Source: Hyalangium minutum (lineage in GTDB: Bacteria > Myxococcota > Myxococcia > Myxococcales > Myxococcaceae). Taken from it: a DNA stretch of 64,000 nucleotides. This document shows positions 1 through 9,880 of this stretch, piece after piece. Positions within the stretch are counted from its first letter, which is position 1. Each line of letters begins with the position of its first letter. A model generated the notes under the pieces. That model was not told the origin of the DNA, made no database searches, and saw only the letters and a list, made by a program, of their open reading frames with translations. Where the stretch lies: NCBI RefSeq assembly GCF_000737315.1, contig NZ_JMCB01000001.1, positions 930,001-994,000 on the forward strand, in the 5' to 3' direction. The translations under genes were made by a program, and so were the position numbers.

Positions 1-1
1 C

Positions 2-1636
2 ATCCTTGGCCTGCTGCTCGCGCTGGTAGGGCCCGCGCATGCCCAGGGGAGTCCCCCGCGCCGCCCTCCCCTCGTCTTCAGCGGCAACCTCGTGCTGAAT
101 GACGAGGTCTACCTGGCCGTGCTCGATCTGCCGCCGGACTTCGCGCCCGACAAGAGCGGCGCCGCCCTGGTGCGCTCCCGGCTGCTCACGTTCCTGCACC
201 GCGCGGGCTACGAGCTGGCGCGCGTCGAGACGGCGGTGGAGGGCAACCGCATCCTCGTGGACATCGACGAGGGGCGCGTCGAGAAGCTCATCCTCCGAGG
301 CCAGGGCTCGCTGCGCACGGTGCAGGTGCTGCTGAGCCTGAGCCTGCCACACAACGTCTTCAACCGGCCCTACCTCGAGCGGCAGCTGGCGGATCTGCAC
401 GCGCAGAGCGGCGTGGAGTTCGAGTGCTTCAAGAAGGAGCCCACCGGCACGAAGCCGAGCACGGGGACGGAGTGCTTCAAGCTGGTACCCACCAGCGAGG
501 TGAAGCACGTAGGTCCCCAGGTGGAGGACCTGGGTCCCATCGTCGATGACATTGGCCGGTTCGTCGGCCATCCCCTCATCCCTCCCCGCGCGGACTACGA
601 GCTGCACATCTTCCTGCGCCGCCGAGAGTGGGCCACGGGGCTGGGCGTCGTCGCGGGGCTCGGCGGCGGAGAGGGCCTGCGGCTGGGCGCCGAGTACCGC
701 GGTGAGGGGCTCGCCCTCGCGAAGGATCGCTGGAGCGCCGGCGCGCAGCTCGGGGCGAAGATCCGCTCGCGCATCTCCAATGACCGGGCATACCTGGCGC
801 TGACCCGTGCCCAGGCGGAGCTGCACTGGTACACGCCGCGCCTGCGCCTCGGCCTGCGGCCCGTGCTGACGGCCCGCGGGGAGCTCATCAGCCGCCAGCG
901 CCCCGACATCGGGCTGGAGAGCTACTACGCCATGCGCGCGCAGCTCACGCTGGGCCTGAGCTATGACTTGTTCCGAGGTGCCACGGTGGCCCTGGGAGTG
1001 GGGGGCGAGGAGCTCGACGTCTTCGGGCTGAAGCCGGCAATGGAGGGCGTGGGCCCTGCCGCGGGCGTGGGCCCGAGCTCCACGCTGCGCCCCTACCTGA
1101 GCAGCACGGCGCACCTGGTGTTCGACATGGATGAGGTCCGCCGGGATCGCCGCACCGAGCTCGAGTTCAACGGGCGCCAATACCCGCGCGAGTCCGGGCG
1201 CGGCTACGGCGTCATCTCGTACCGGTTCCAGCGCGTCAACGAGGTGGGCTGGCATGATCTGATGCTCACGAGCCGGGGCGCCTGGCTCTGGGGCAACGTG
1301 CCCTTCATCGAGGAGCAGCCCGTGGGCGGCCTGCACGTGCGCGGCGTCTTCGATGATCGCTTCTACGCCAAGCACGTGGCCAGCGGAGGCATGGAGGTGC
1401 GCTTCTCCCTCACGCGCGACATCTACAAGGTGGGGGGGTTCGCGGACGTGGCCGTGTTCGGGGAGCTCGATCGGGGCAGCGGCTCCGAGAAGCCCCGCGT
1501 GGTGGGCAGCGCGGGCCCGAGCTTCCACGTGCTCATCGCGGACGTCTTCCAGTTGGATCTCTATTACGCGCTCGGGTTCGCGGGCCACGGAGAGGCCGAG
1601 CGCGGCTTCACGGCGGCCCTCCGGCAAGCGTTCTGA
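2..1636 (+). CDS. Omp85/BamA-TamA-like outer-membrane beta-barrel protein with POTRA domain (5' end lies outside the window)
   Basis: Frame is open from base 2 (ILGLLLALVGPAHAQ, signal-peptide-like). POTRA-like FSGNLVLNDEVYL...LHRAGYELARV...IDEGRVEKL, alternating beta-strand pattern, C-terminal Phe (RQAF*). Confidence 0.75.
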   Translation: MLGLLLALVGPAHAQGSPPRRPPLVFSGNLVLNDEVYLAVLDLPPDFAPDKSGAALVRSRLLTFLHRAGYELARVETAVEGNRILVDIDEGRVEKLILRGQGSLRTVQVLLSLSLPHNVFNRPYLERQLADLHAQSGVEFECFKKEPTGTKPSTGTECFKLVPTSEVKHVGPQVEDLGPIVDDIGRFVGHPLIPPRADYELHIFLRRREWATGLGVVAGLGGGEGLRLGAEYRGEGLALAKDRWSAGAQLGAKIRSRISNDRAYLALTRAQAELHWYTPRLRLGLRPVLTARGELISRQRPDIGLESYYAMRAQLTLGLSYDLFRGATVALGVGGEELDVFGLKPAMEGVGPAAGVGPSSTLRPYLSSTAHLVFDMDEVRRDRRTELEFNGRQYPRESGRGYGVISYRFQRVNEVGWHDLMLTSRGAWLWGNVPFIEEQPVGGLHVRGVFDDRFYAKHVASGGMEVRFSLTRDIYKVGGFADVAVFGELDRGSGSEKPRVVGSAGPSFHVLIADVFQLDLYYALGFAGHGEAERGFTAALRQAF

Positions 1637-1664
1637 CGGCACGGGCCCGCAAGCCCCGCGCGGC

Positions 1665-2111
1665 TCACGGGCTGCCCGGCGTGGGCGGCGGCGGCGGCGG
1701 CGGCGTCAGGATGTACGGCTCGGGCTGCTGCTGCTGCTGCGGAGCGACCGGAGCGCCGCTGAGCGGGGTCAGCTCGTAGAGGCGCTCGGGCTTGTAGCCC
1801 ATGATCCACAGGAACGGCACGAGCACGAAGAAGCCGCCAATGCACGGCCCGACCTGGAACTCCTCGTTGCGAACGAAGAAGGTCTCGTAGTCCTCGTAGC
1901 CCTCGCGGCGCAGCTTCACACGCGTGGTGGAGCTGACCGTCTTGGTGTCCGTATGGACGTAGGGGGTCTGCCCCACTTTGCTGCCGTCGATGTAGACGGT
2001 CGCGCCAGAGGGATCACTGCGAATGACGGTGCTGCTGGCGCAGGCCGTGGAGAACACGAGCGCGGTGCAGGTCGCCGCCAACCGGAGGGGAACTCGCGAA
2101 GGAGAAGACAT
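1665..2111 (-). CDS. PEGA-domain lipoprotein
   Basis: Lipobox-like STAC, PEGA signature IRSDPSGATVYIDGSKVGQTP...LRREGYED, Pro/Gln tail. Confidence 0.8.
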   Translation of the reverse strand: MSSPSRVPLRLAATCTALVFSTACASSTVIRSDPSGATVYIDGSKVGQTPYVHTDTKTVSSTTRVKLRREGYEDYETFFVRNEEFQVGPCIGGFFVLVPFLWIMGYKPERLYELTPLSGAPVAPQQQQQPEPYILTPPPPPPPTPGSP

Positions 2112-2172
2112 GGGCGGGCGGGATAGTGGGGCCCTGCCACGGTGTCAACCCGGCAAGACGAGTTCCCCCACT

Positions 2173-3120
2173 TCATGGACAGGCGCCGCAGTCGACGCCG
2201 CAGCTCTGAGCCGTGCTGCCCGAGCCACAGCGCTCGGTCATCTGGCACACGCCATCTCCGCACTGGAAGATCTCCCGGGGCTGGATGCGCGTGGTGATGG
2301 GGAGGAAGGAGGTGCCCTGGTACGTGCACTGCGTGTAGTAGGTGCCCGAGGCGTCCAGCGTGCAGAAGTCCGAGCAGAACCCCACGTGGACCAGTGGGGC
2401 GCAGTCGGAGCTCTGCGCCTGCGAGGAGAGCCCACACGCCCGGGTGGTGCTCTCACTGGCGCTCAGCAGCGGCCGATCGTTGGCGACGTAGAGCCCATCG
2501 CCGGAGAAGAGGTTGCCGAAGAAGCACGCCTCCCGAATGGAGAACAAGGCGAGCTCGTCGGCCGTGAAGGGCATGGGCTGGCCCTGGGCGCTCGAGCCCA
2601 GCACGGAGAGGGAGACATGGAGCCCGAACTTGTTCACATGCGCGGCCAGGCACGCGGAGACGATCTGCTGCTCCGGCACGCTCGGGAGCTGCCCCAGGCT
2701 CCAGTGAGGAGCCAACCCCAGCTCCCCCTTCCAGCGGTAGCGCTGCCCCGTCACCGGGTTGTCGTAGGCCAGCGACTGCCCGTCCTCCATCGCGCACCGG
2801 ACCAGGTAGCCCATGACGGAGGTACTCAGCGCGGGGTTCTCATTGAACCACACGAGGAACTCCTTCGTGGCCAACCCGTTCGTCGACAGCCCGTTGGTGG
2901 ACAGGCCGTTCGTCGACAATCCGTTCGTCGACAACCCATTCGTCGACAGCCCGTTGAGCGCCCAGAGTTCCTGCTCCTCCCAGAGGAGCGCCTCCTCGGA
3001 AGCGGCACCGGGCTCGATGGGCCCACAGGCCCACAGGCTCGTCATCCACAGCATGAGCGGGAGCTTCCGCCCCCACTGAACACTCCCATCACGACGATCC
3101 AGAACATCCCCCCGAAGCAT
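2173..3120 (-). CDS. Cys-rich myxobacterial lipoprotein with NGLST pentapeptide repeats
   Basis: SLWAC lipobox-like motif, (NGLST)x5-6, Cys-rich C-terminus. Start uncertain (3120 chosen; ORF open to 3168). Confidence 0.75.
   Translation of the reverse strand: MLRGDVLDRRDGSVQWGRKLPLMLWMTSLWACGPIEPGAASEEALLWEEQELWALNGLSTNGLSTNGLSTNGLSTNGLSTNGLATKEFLVWFNENPALSTSVMGYLVRCAMEDGQSLAYDNPVTGQRYRWKGELGLAPHWSLGQLPSVPEQQIVSACLAAHVNKFGLHVSLSVLGSSAQGQPMPFTADELALFSIREACFFGNLFSGDGLYVANDRPLLSASESTTRACGLSSQAQSSDCAPLVHVGFCSDFCTLDASGTYYTQCTYQGTSFLPITTRIQPREIFQCGDGVCQMTERCGSGSTAQSCGVDCGACP
2866..2958 (-). repeat. 15-bp coding tandem repeat (NGLST x~6)
   Basis: ttcgtcgacagcccg-type units repeated in tandem on the + strand. 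Confidence 0.85.
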
Positions 3121-3485
3121 GGCGTCCTCCTGTGCGAGTGCTGCGGCGGCCCCGGTGGCACAGTCCACACCCGGCGCTCACGCGCGGGATACAGGGCCAA
3201 AGCAGCGGGCTGGGCACATTAGGGATAACCTTGAAGATGCGGGACCCCCTCCACTGTTGGCTGGCGCCACCCGTCGATCGGTGATCGCTTGAGTCGATCG
3301 GCGCGGAACACTCGCAGCGGAAAACACGCGCCCGTCAACGCCTCCTTCGTCTCCAAGGGAGGGAGCACGCGGCGCGCCGTTCAACGCTGCTGAACGAGGG
3401 TTCCTGGTTCCCGCTCGCCGCGCAGCATGAGAGACTGTAGGTAGGCTCGCGTGGACGACTCACGGGGTCTCAGGTGATTCTCCGC

Positions 3486-4211
3486 ATGAGCGAACAGGTC
3501 AACGAGGGCGGCGCTGTCGGACTGACCCCCTCGAAGCGAGACATCCTCGAACGCGCCTGGTCCAAGTATTGGTACTTCGCGGAGGAGGCGCTGCCGGGAC
3601 GCGTGGAGGAGCTGCTGCGGCTGTTGCCGGCCGCGCGGACGTACGGGCTGACGGCGCCGCTGGAGAACTTCCTGAAGCGGCACACGGACGAGGTGCTCTC
3701 CATCGTCCTGGACGTGCCGCTGGAGAGCCCAGAGCGGCGGGCCAGCTCCGTGAACTGGACGCAGAAGCTGATCGCCGCGTGCACACCGGATCCTCAGGCG
3801 GTGGACCAGTTCTGCATCCCCGCGCTGCCGGAGCCGTACATGAGCTGGCTGCAGGGCACCTCGCTGCTGCAGGGCTTCTCCTCGCCGTGGCAGGGGCCGC
3901 TGCACTCGGCGTGGCTGAACCACTACCTGGATGATCCGTTCGCGTCGCTGGGCTTCATCCGGGCGAGTGAGCTGCTGGAGAAGCTGCGGAAGCGGCCGGT
4001 GCGTCCGCCGGACTTCCACTGGGCCCTGCGGCGATTCCGGGCGTACCTGCGGCTGACGCTGCCCAAGGGGGCGCCCATCCCCAGCAAGGCGCAGTTGGAG
4101 CAGTTCGCGGACGAGCACCTGGGGCCGCGCTTCGAGCAGTACCTCGAGTTCCTGGCGCCCATCGCCGCGCGCGAGAGCGGCGTGTTCACTTGGCAGACGA
4201 AGTACGGGTAG
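3486..4211 (+). CDS. hypothetical protein
   Basis: 241-aa ORF with strong GC3 codon bias; no recognisable motif. Confidence 0.7.
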   Translation: MSEQVNEGGAVGLTPSKRDILERAWSKYWYFAEEALPGRVEELLRLLPAARTYGLTAPLENFLKRHTDEVLSIVLDVPLESPERRASSVNWTQKLIAACTPDPQAVDQFCIPALPEPYMSWLQGTSLLQGFSSPWQGPLHSAWLNHYLDDPFASLGFIRASELLEKLRKRPVRPPDFHWALRRFRAYLRLTLPKGAPIPSKAQLEQFADEHLGPRFEQYLEFLAPIAARESGVFTWQTKYG

Positions 4212-4264
4212 GCGCTCCCTTCGAGGTGGGTGCGGTAGAGTTCACTCTCCGCCAAGGTGCCCCC

Positions 4265-6172
4265 ATGCCCACCCGCTTTCGTTTCGCCGCGCTGCTCGGT
4301 GCGGCCGTCCTGCTGTGCGCGTGTCCCCCCAAGAAGAATCCCGCCGAGGAGCCGCCCGTCGCGGATGGCGCGGGGTTTCCGCTCGAGTACGCCACGCCCC
4401 GCGTCGAAGGCGGCGATCCGCGGGTGCTCCAGCAGGTGGAGGCGATGGGCGACAGCGTCTACCTGGACACCGTCAACGTGTTCGTCTCGTTCGACAAGCG
4501 CCGCACCTGGAAGGAGATCAACGCCGCGGCACTCGGCTCCATCACGAAGTGGGTCTTCGTCACGCCGACGGCGGGCCTCGCCCTTACCGGCAAGCACGGC
4601 CTGGCCTACATCGAGCTGGACAAGGACATCATCTACTACCTCAACAATGAGCCAGCCTGGAGCGCGTGGGGGTACCGCGAGGATGGAACCCTGTTCACCG
4701 TGCGGGAGCAGGTGGATCCCGGCTCGCCCCAGAGGGGTGACGAGAAGGTGCGGGTGTGGCTCGGGCGCCGACGGGACTTCACCCAGGACGCGCCCTGGCC
4801 CGAGGTGGAGCTGCCGGGCCTCCCGTTCAGCTACCGCACGTACCGAAGCTCCGTGCACTTCGGCGCGGACGGGGCGCTCTACGTGGCCTCGTACTTCGGG
4901 CTCCAGGTGTCACGGGATGAGGGCCAGACCTGGCAGCAGGTGCCGGTGATGCCGGACGAGCAAGGCTCGATCGACTGGAGCGGCGTGGATCTGTTCGTGA
5001 CGCGCGCGGGCACCCTCTTCGCGCGCACACCGAACACGTCCTTCGTCTCGCGCGACGGCGGCACGAGCTGGGCGCAAGCACCGATGCCGGGGGGGCTGGC
5101 GAACCGGTCCTCGATGATGAAGATGGAGGAGCCCGTCCCCGGCGAGCTGCACTTCCGGGACGTGGCCTACCGCTCCACCGACGAGGGGCGCAGCTACCAG
5201 CAGGTCTTCACGCTGGAGCGCTACGGGTTCACGCACTCCCTGGAGACGCTCTTCTTCCGGGGCGGCGAGTACTATTTCAACCTGAACTTGTTCAGCAACT
5301 TCGTCGGGGCCACGCCGGACACGGCGCTCGGCATCCTGAATCCCCCCCAGGTCAGCGCTCTGGGTCCGTCCAACCTGAGCCGCGCCTTCCCTCTGGGCGG
5401 TGGGCGCTACGCGGGGCTCTGGAACCGATCCGTCATCACCTACACCCCGGGTGACGTCGAGTGGAAGGTGGAGCACTTCTTCGACAACACGTACTTCCTT
5501 CACCGGCTGCGCGACGGGCGTCTGGCGCTCGCGCACCACCTGGGCCTGCGCTTCTCACGAGACGAGGGGGTCACGTGGAGCGAGCCGCTCCGGCTGTCGG
5601 GTGCGAGCACCAACTCGGTCTCCATCAAGGCGCTCGTGGAGGCACAGGGGAGACTGTTCGTGAGCGGGCCCGATAACGCCTCCTGCAGGACACGCGCGCT
5701 GCTGGAGAGCCGCGACGAGGGCGCGAGCTGGCAGCCCGTCACCGCGCAGATCATCCAGAATCCCGAGCAGTCGCCGGTGAGCCTCAGCTACCAGCCGGAG
5801 GTGACCACCGCGGACGGGAGCGGCCGGCTCCTGGGCTCCGTGTCGGATCTATCCAGTTGCCGGGCCGAGGGCTCCTTCGCCGTGAGCTCGGAGGACCTGG
5901 GCCGCACTTGGCAGGGATTCAAGGACCGCGTGCCGCTCGCCGCGACGAGCAGCGGCAACCTGCTGGCCATCCAGGACGACTCGGCGGGAGAGGCCGTCCT
6001 GCTGCGGGCTCGTTCGAGCGACGAGTGGAGGCCCTTCGGAGCACCGAAAGTCGACGGGGTGACGGTCCCCAACCTCTTCGTGGGCCAGCCCTTCATCCAC
6101 GTGGACGCCGAGGACTTCGTCTATTTCGTGGACGGTCAACGCGTGCTGAAGTCGACCCAGCCGGTGAGGTGA
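4265..6172 (+). CDS. BNR/Asp-box (sialidase-like beta-propeller) lipoprotein
   Basis: Signal with LCAC lipobox; repeated Asp-boxes SRDEGQTW, SRDGGTSW, STDEGRSY, SRDEGVTW, SRDEGASW, SEDLGRTW. Confidence 0.8.
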   Translation: MPTRFRFAALLGAAVLLCACPPKKNPAEEPPVADGAGFPLEYATPRVEGGDPRVLQQVEAMGDSVYLDTVNVFVSFDKRRTWKEINAAALGSITKWVFVTPTAGLALTGKHGLAYIELDKDIIYYLNNEPAWSAWGYREDGTLFTVREQVDPGSPQRGDEKVRVWLGRRRDFTQDAPWPEVELPGLPFSYRTYRSSVHFGADGALYVASYFGLQVSRDEGQTWQQVPVMPDEQGSIDWSGVDLFVTRAGTLFARTPNTSFVSRDGGTSWAQAPMPGGLANRSSMMKMEEPVPGELHFRDVAYRSTDEGRSYQQVFTLERYGFTHSLETLFFRGGEYYFNLNLFSNFVGATPDTALGILNPPQVSALGPSNLSRAFPLGGGRYAGLWNRSVITYTPGDVEWKVEHFFDNTYFLHRLRDGRLALAHHLGLRFSRDEGVTWSEPLRLSGASTNSVSIKALVEAQGRLFVSGPDNASCRTRALLESRDEGASWQPVTAQIIQNPEQSPVSLSYQPEVTTADGSGRLLGSVSDLSSCRAEGSFAVSSEDLGRTWQGFKDRVPLAATSSGNLLAIQDDSAGEAVLLRARSSDEWRPFGAPKVDGVTVPNLFVGQPFIHVDAEDFVYFVDGQRVLKSTQPVR

Positions 6173-8018
6173 CGAGGAAGGGCGTCTCGGTCTCCGGCTT
6201 CACGCGGGTCAGGGTCTGGACGGCCACGTTGCCATCCGGGCCCACATAGGCCACGTCCTGGCCGAGCACCGCGAGCGGCAGCTCCTTTCGCCTCGAATCC
6301 TCGGGCCACACGTCCTCCTGTCTCTTGGACGCGAGCCAGCGCGCCTTCGCCGGGTCGCTCACGTCCGCCAGGAGCAGCCGCCCTAAGGAGTCAACAACCG
6401 CGAGGAGCGCTGCCCCCACGAAGGCCACCTCTCCCAGCCGGACATCCGGGCGCTCCAGCCGTGCCACCGTCTCGCCGCTGCGGGGATCGATGACCCGAAT
6501 AGAGCACTGCGCATCGCGGTAGTTATCGCTTCCATCCACGCTGACGGCGATCCAGCCACGCTCGGAGACGGCGAGCCCCCGTACAATCCCCTCTCCTTCG
6601 TCGCTCTCGATCTCGAGCGATATGTCGCGGATCGCCTCCGGTGTGCTCCCCAGCCTCCAAAGGTGGAGGGCCTTGTCCACAGTCACCAGCCATGCGTCCT
6701 TCGGACCAAAGGCGCACGCCTGTGCTGGCTCGTCGTGCGGAAGCTCCGCGATGCGCGAGCGCCGCTTCAGATCCCACAGCTCGACGTTCTCCTGGGCCGG
6801 CGCCGCGAGCAGCGTGCCTCCTCGCGAGAGGGCAAGAGCGCCAGAGGCGTACGTGGAGAGCTCGAAGACCGAGGACACTTTCGGATCGAGTTTCTTCCCG
6901 ACAAAGATCCGCTCGTAGTCCAGCCGCACCAGCAACCCCGACGCGAGTCCCTTCACGTCGGTGGGAGGAAACTCCGCTGGAATCTCTGTCATCTCGCCCG
7001 TCGCGCGATTCCACGAGACGTAGGATTTCGGCGACGCGGCCACCACCGCTTTCGGGGTGAGCGTGAGACCCAGGATCGGCACCGGCGCCGCATCCTTCAC
7101 AACGGGCTTTCCGTCCTTCGCCGACCAGACGCTCAGGGCCCCGGCAGTGGAGCCGGTAGCGAGCCAGCGGCCATCGGGAGAGAGTACGGTGGCCGAGCCC
7201 TGGTCATGCCGCGGGGGGACCTCGATTGTCAGCTCCTCGGCCCGGTCCGCGATGCGCCAGGAGCGCAACCGGTGCTCGTTGCCCAACGAGAACGCACGCG
7301 CTCCATCCGGAGAGAAGCAGACCCACCGGCACCCCGCATCGCTCCCCTCCTGGAACGCGTGCCGACCCACGAAGGACGACACGAGCCGGGGGCTGTCCAG
7401 CTGCAACAGCTCGATCTTTCCGGTCCCATGGCCCACGAGGAGGCTCTCTGCCGTGGGCGAGAACGCGAGGGCGAGCACTTTGGTGTCCTTGTGCTTCGCC
7501 CGCTCCTTCCCGCTGCGCACGTCATACAGGCGGGTCATCCCCTTCGAAGAACCTGTCGCCAGCAGCCCGCCGTCCGCGCTGAAGGCGACGGCGTAGATGT
7601 CCCCTTCCTTCTCTTTCACGGTGTGGACGACCTTGCCCCGCTTCGTCTCCCGGATCTGGGCGGTCGCCTTCTCCACGGTGGCGAGCCACGCGCCGTCCGG
7701 ACTCACTGCGGCGAGGTGGAGATCCTGGTGGCCCTTCACCGTCCAGACCGTCTTCCCGCTCGCGGAGATCCGGTGGATCTTCCCCCACGACGAGGCGATG
7801 AGGTCCCCATCCGGCAAGACGCGGATGCCGCTCCAGACACCTGGGAGCTCTTGCTGGGCGACGATGGCGCCGCTCTTCGCGCCGAAGGACACGCACCGGG
7901 AGAAGTCCTCCCCTGGAACAATCGCCACCAGGGTGCGCGAGTCCGGGGAGAAGGAAATCCCCATGAAGGTGCCAGGAGCGTTGAAGCGGGCCGAGCCATA
8001 GACGCGACGAGCGGTCAT
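6093..8018 (-). CDS. WD40-repeat protein
   Basis: Repeated AFSPDG/AFSADG...LATGS...WD/WS motifs over 641 aa. Confidence 0.8.
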   Translation of the reverse strand: MTARRVYGSARFNAPGTFMGISFSPDSRTLVAIVPGEDFSRCVSFGAKSGAIVAQQELPGVWSGIRVLPDGDLIASSWGKIHRISASGKTVWTVKGHQDLHLAAVSPDGAWLATVEKATAQIRETKRGKVVHTVKEKEGDIYAVAFSADGGLLATGSSKGMTRLYDVRSGKERAKHKDTKVLALAFSPTAESLLVGHGTGKIELLQLDSPRLVSSFVGRHAFQEGSDAGCRWVCFSPDGARAFSLGNEHRLRSWRIADRAEELTIEVPPRHDQGSATVLSPDGRWLATGSTAGALSVWSAKDGKPVVKDAAPVPILGLTLTPKAVVAASPKSYVSWNRATGEMTEIPAEFPPTDVKGLASGLLVRLDYERIFVGKKLDPKVSSVFELSTYASGALALSRGGTLLAAPAQENVELWDLKRRSRIAELPHDEPAQACAFGPKDAWLVTVDKALHLWRLGSTPEAIRDISLEIESDEGEGIVRGLAVSERGWIAVSVDGSDNYRDAQCSIRVIDPRSGETVARLERPDVRLGEVAFVGAALLAVVDSLGRLLLADVSDPAKARWLASKRQEDVWPEDSRRKELPLAVLGQDVAYVGPDGNVAVQTLTRVKPETETPFLVTSPAGSTSARVDRPRNRRSPRRPRG

Positions 8019-8186
8019 GGCAGTGTCATCTAACGCAATCAGTCCGGCAGTTCGAGCGGCTCAGCGCCAGAATGATCCTGTCCTGCAAGCCACACATTGA
8101 GCGGCCGAGGACACGGGCCATGGTGGAGGTTTCTCACTGTTGCTATCAGGGACCAACCGCGCCGGCAGCGCGAAGGAGACCCCGTC

Positions 8187-9716
8187 ATGACGCCCAACGC
8201 ATCCGCATCTTCTGTGCGCTACACGCTCCCCTGGAGAGTGACCGCAGCAGCATGGCTGCTCACGCTCGGAGGATGCAGTTCCACTCCCGAACCGCCACCC
8301 CAGCTCCCATGCGAGAGCTTCCGTGGACGAACCCTGGAGGAGGCGCAAATCACCGGGGCCGAGCTCGTCGCCGCCTCCGGCTCGATGCTTGAATACTGCA
8401 AGGTCACGGGCACGCTTCCCCCCTCTCTCGACTTCGAAGTGCGTCTGCCCACGGCGTGGAATGAAAAGACGCTCTATGCTGGAGGCGGCGGCTTCGACGG
8501 GTCAATTCCCAGCACAGACTCCTATACGTCGAGAGGCTATGCCTCCATCGCCTCGAATGGCGGACATACGGCCGATGTCGTGGACGCCTCATTCGCCCTG
8601 GATGCCCAGAAGCTCAACGACTTCGCGTACCTCTCCACCCACCGCGTGCTGCCCATCGCAAAGACGCTCATCCAGGAGCGCTACGGCAAGAGCGCCCGAA
8701 AGACCTACTTCGAGGGGTGCTCCAATGGGGGCCGGGAGGCGCTGATCGAAGCACAGCGGTGGCCGGAAGACTTCGATGGAATCATCTCCCGAGCTCCCGC
8801 CTACAACTTCGTGGAGCTGATGATTGCCTTCAACCAGATCACCCAGCAGCTCGTGAAGCCTGGCGCCCATCTTCCTCCCGAGAAGCTCCGGCTCCTAGGC
8901 AAGGCGGTCCTCGATGCGTGTGATGCGAAGGATGGCGTCGCGGACGGCATCCTTTCCCTTTCCTCGGCCTGCCAGTTCGATCCCTCCGTCCTCCAGTGCG
9001 CCGGGGCTGACCAGGATGACTGTCTGACAGCCGTGCAGGTGAGCTCCGCCAAGACGATCTACTCCCCCACGCTTCTCAACGGCACGGTCATCAATCCGGG
9101 ATGGCCTGCCGGAGGAGAGGCCGATCCGGAGGGCTGGGGCGTCTGGCTCACGGGCGATGGAAACGCCATCCTCTCCGTTGCCAACTTCTTCGGGAGCAGC
9201 ATGGTCAAGTACTTCATCACCCGGGATCCGAACTTCGACCCGCTGACCTTCGAGCCCAACGCCTGGCAGTCACGGATCAACGAGACAGTGGCGTTGGTGT
9301 CGGCCAACAACCCAGACCTGGGACGGTTCCGGGCGCGAAGCGGGAAGTTGATTCTCTGGCACGGAGGGGCCGATCCGGCCATCAGCGAGACGGGGACGGC
9401 GGAGTATTACAAGCGCGTGGTCCAGGCCGCAGGCGGGCAGGCCGCGGCGGACGCGTTCGTCGAGTACTTCCCCGCTCCGGGGGTCAATCACTGCGGAGGT
9501 GGGGCTGGCGCCGACACGGTGGATCTCCTCACCGCCCTGGAGAACTGGGTCGAGAAGGGCGTGGCTCCTTCCCAAGCGAAGCTCGTGGCGACGAAGTTCA
9601 ATCAGACAGGTGCGAGCGTCCTCTCCAGGCCTCTGTGCAAGTACCCGCGCTATCCCAGGTACAAGGGCACGGGAGATATCCACTCGGCCGATAGCTTCAC
9701 CTGCGTCGACCCCTGA
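8187..9716 (+). CDS. tannase/feruloyl esterase family alpha/beta hydrolase (lipoprotein)
   Basis: LGGC lipobox, YFEGCSNGGRE nucleophile motif, KLILWHGGADP, PGVNHCGGG, SRPLCKYP. Confidence 0.9.
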   Translation: MTPNASASSVRYTLPWRVTAAAWLLTLGGCSSTPEPPPQLPCESFRGRTLEEAQITGAELVAASGSMLEYCKVTGTLPPSLDFEVRLPTAWNEKTLYAGGGGFDGSIPSTDSYTSRGYASIASNGGHTADVVDASFALDAQKLNDFAYLSTHRVLPIAKTLIQERYGKSARKTYFEGCSNGGREALIEAQRWPEDFDGIISRAPAYNFVELMIAFNQITQQLVKPGAHLPPEKLRLLGKAVLDACDAKDGVADGILSLSSACQFDPSVLQCAGADQDDCLTAVQVSSAKTIYSPTLLNGTVINPGWPAGGEADPEGWGVWLTGDGNAILSVANFFGSSMVKYFITRDPNFDPLTFEPNAWQSRINETVALVSANNPDLGRFRARSGKLILWHGGADPAISETGTAEYYKRVVQAAGGQAAADAFVEYFPAPGVNHCGGGAGADTVDLLTALENWVEKGVAPSQAKLVATKFNQTGASVLSRPLCKYPRYPRYKGTGDIHSADSFTCVDP

Positions 9717-9880
9717 TACTTCGAAAGAAAAGCATTGGGGTCTTGAAGAAAAATCGTCATTCACTCGTAGTGAAGCCTGCGGCCAGCCGCCAGCCCCTCC
9801 AACCCTTGCATCCTGGGGCGCGCGTCTGGCCAAGGACTCCCACTCAATTCCTGGGTGGGGTTGCACGAGGCAGAAGCCCC

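Noticed and set aside
2866-2958. Possible CRISPR-like periodic repeats here and at 59046-59351
   Set aside because: These are in-frame coding tandem repeats without unique spacers, and there are no cas genes in the window.
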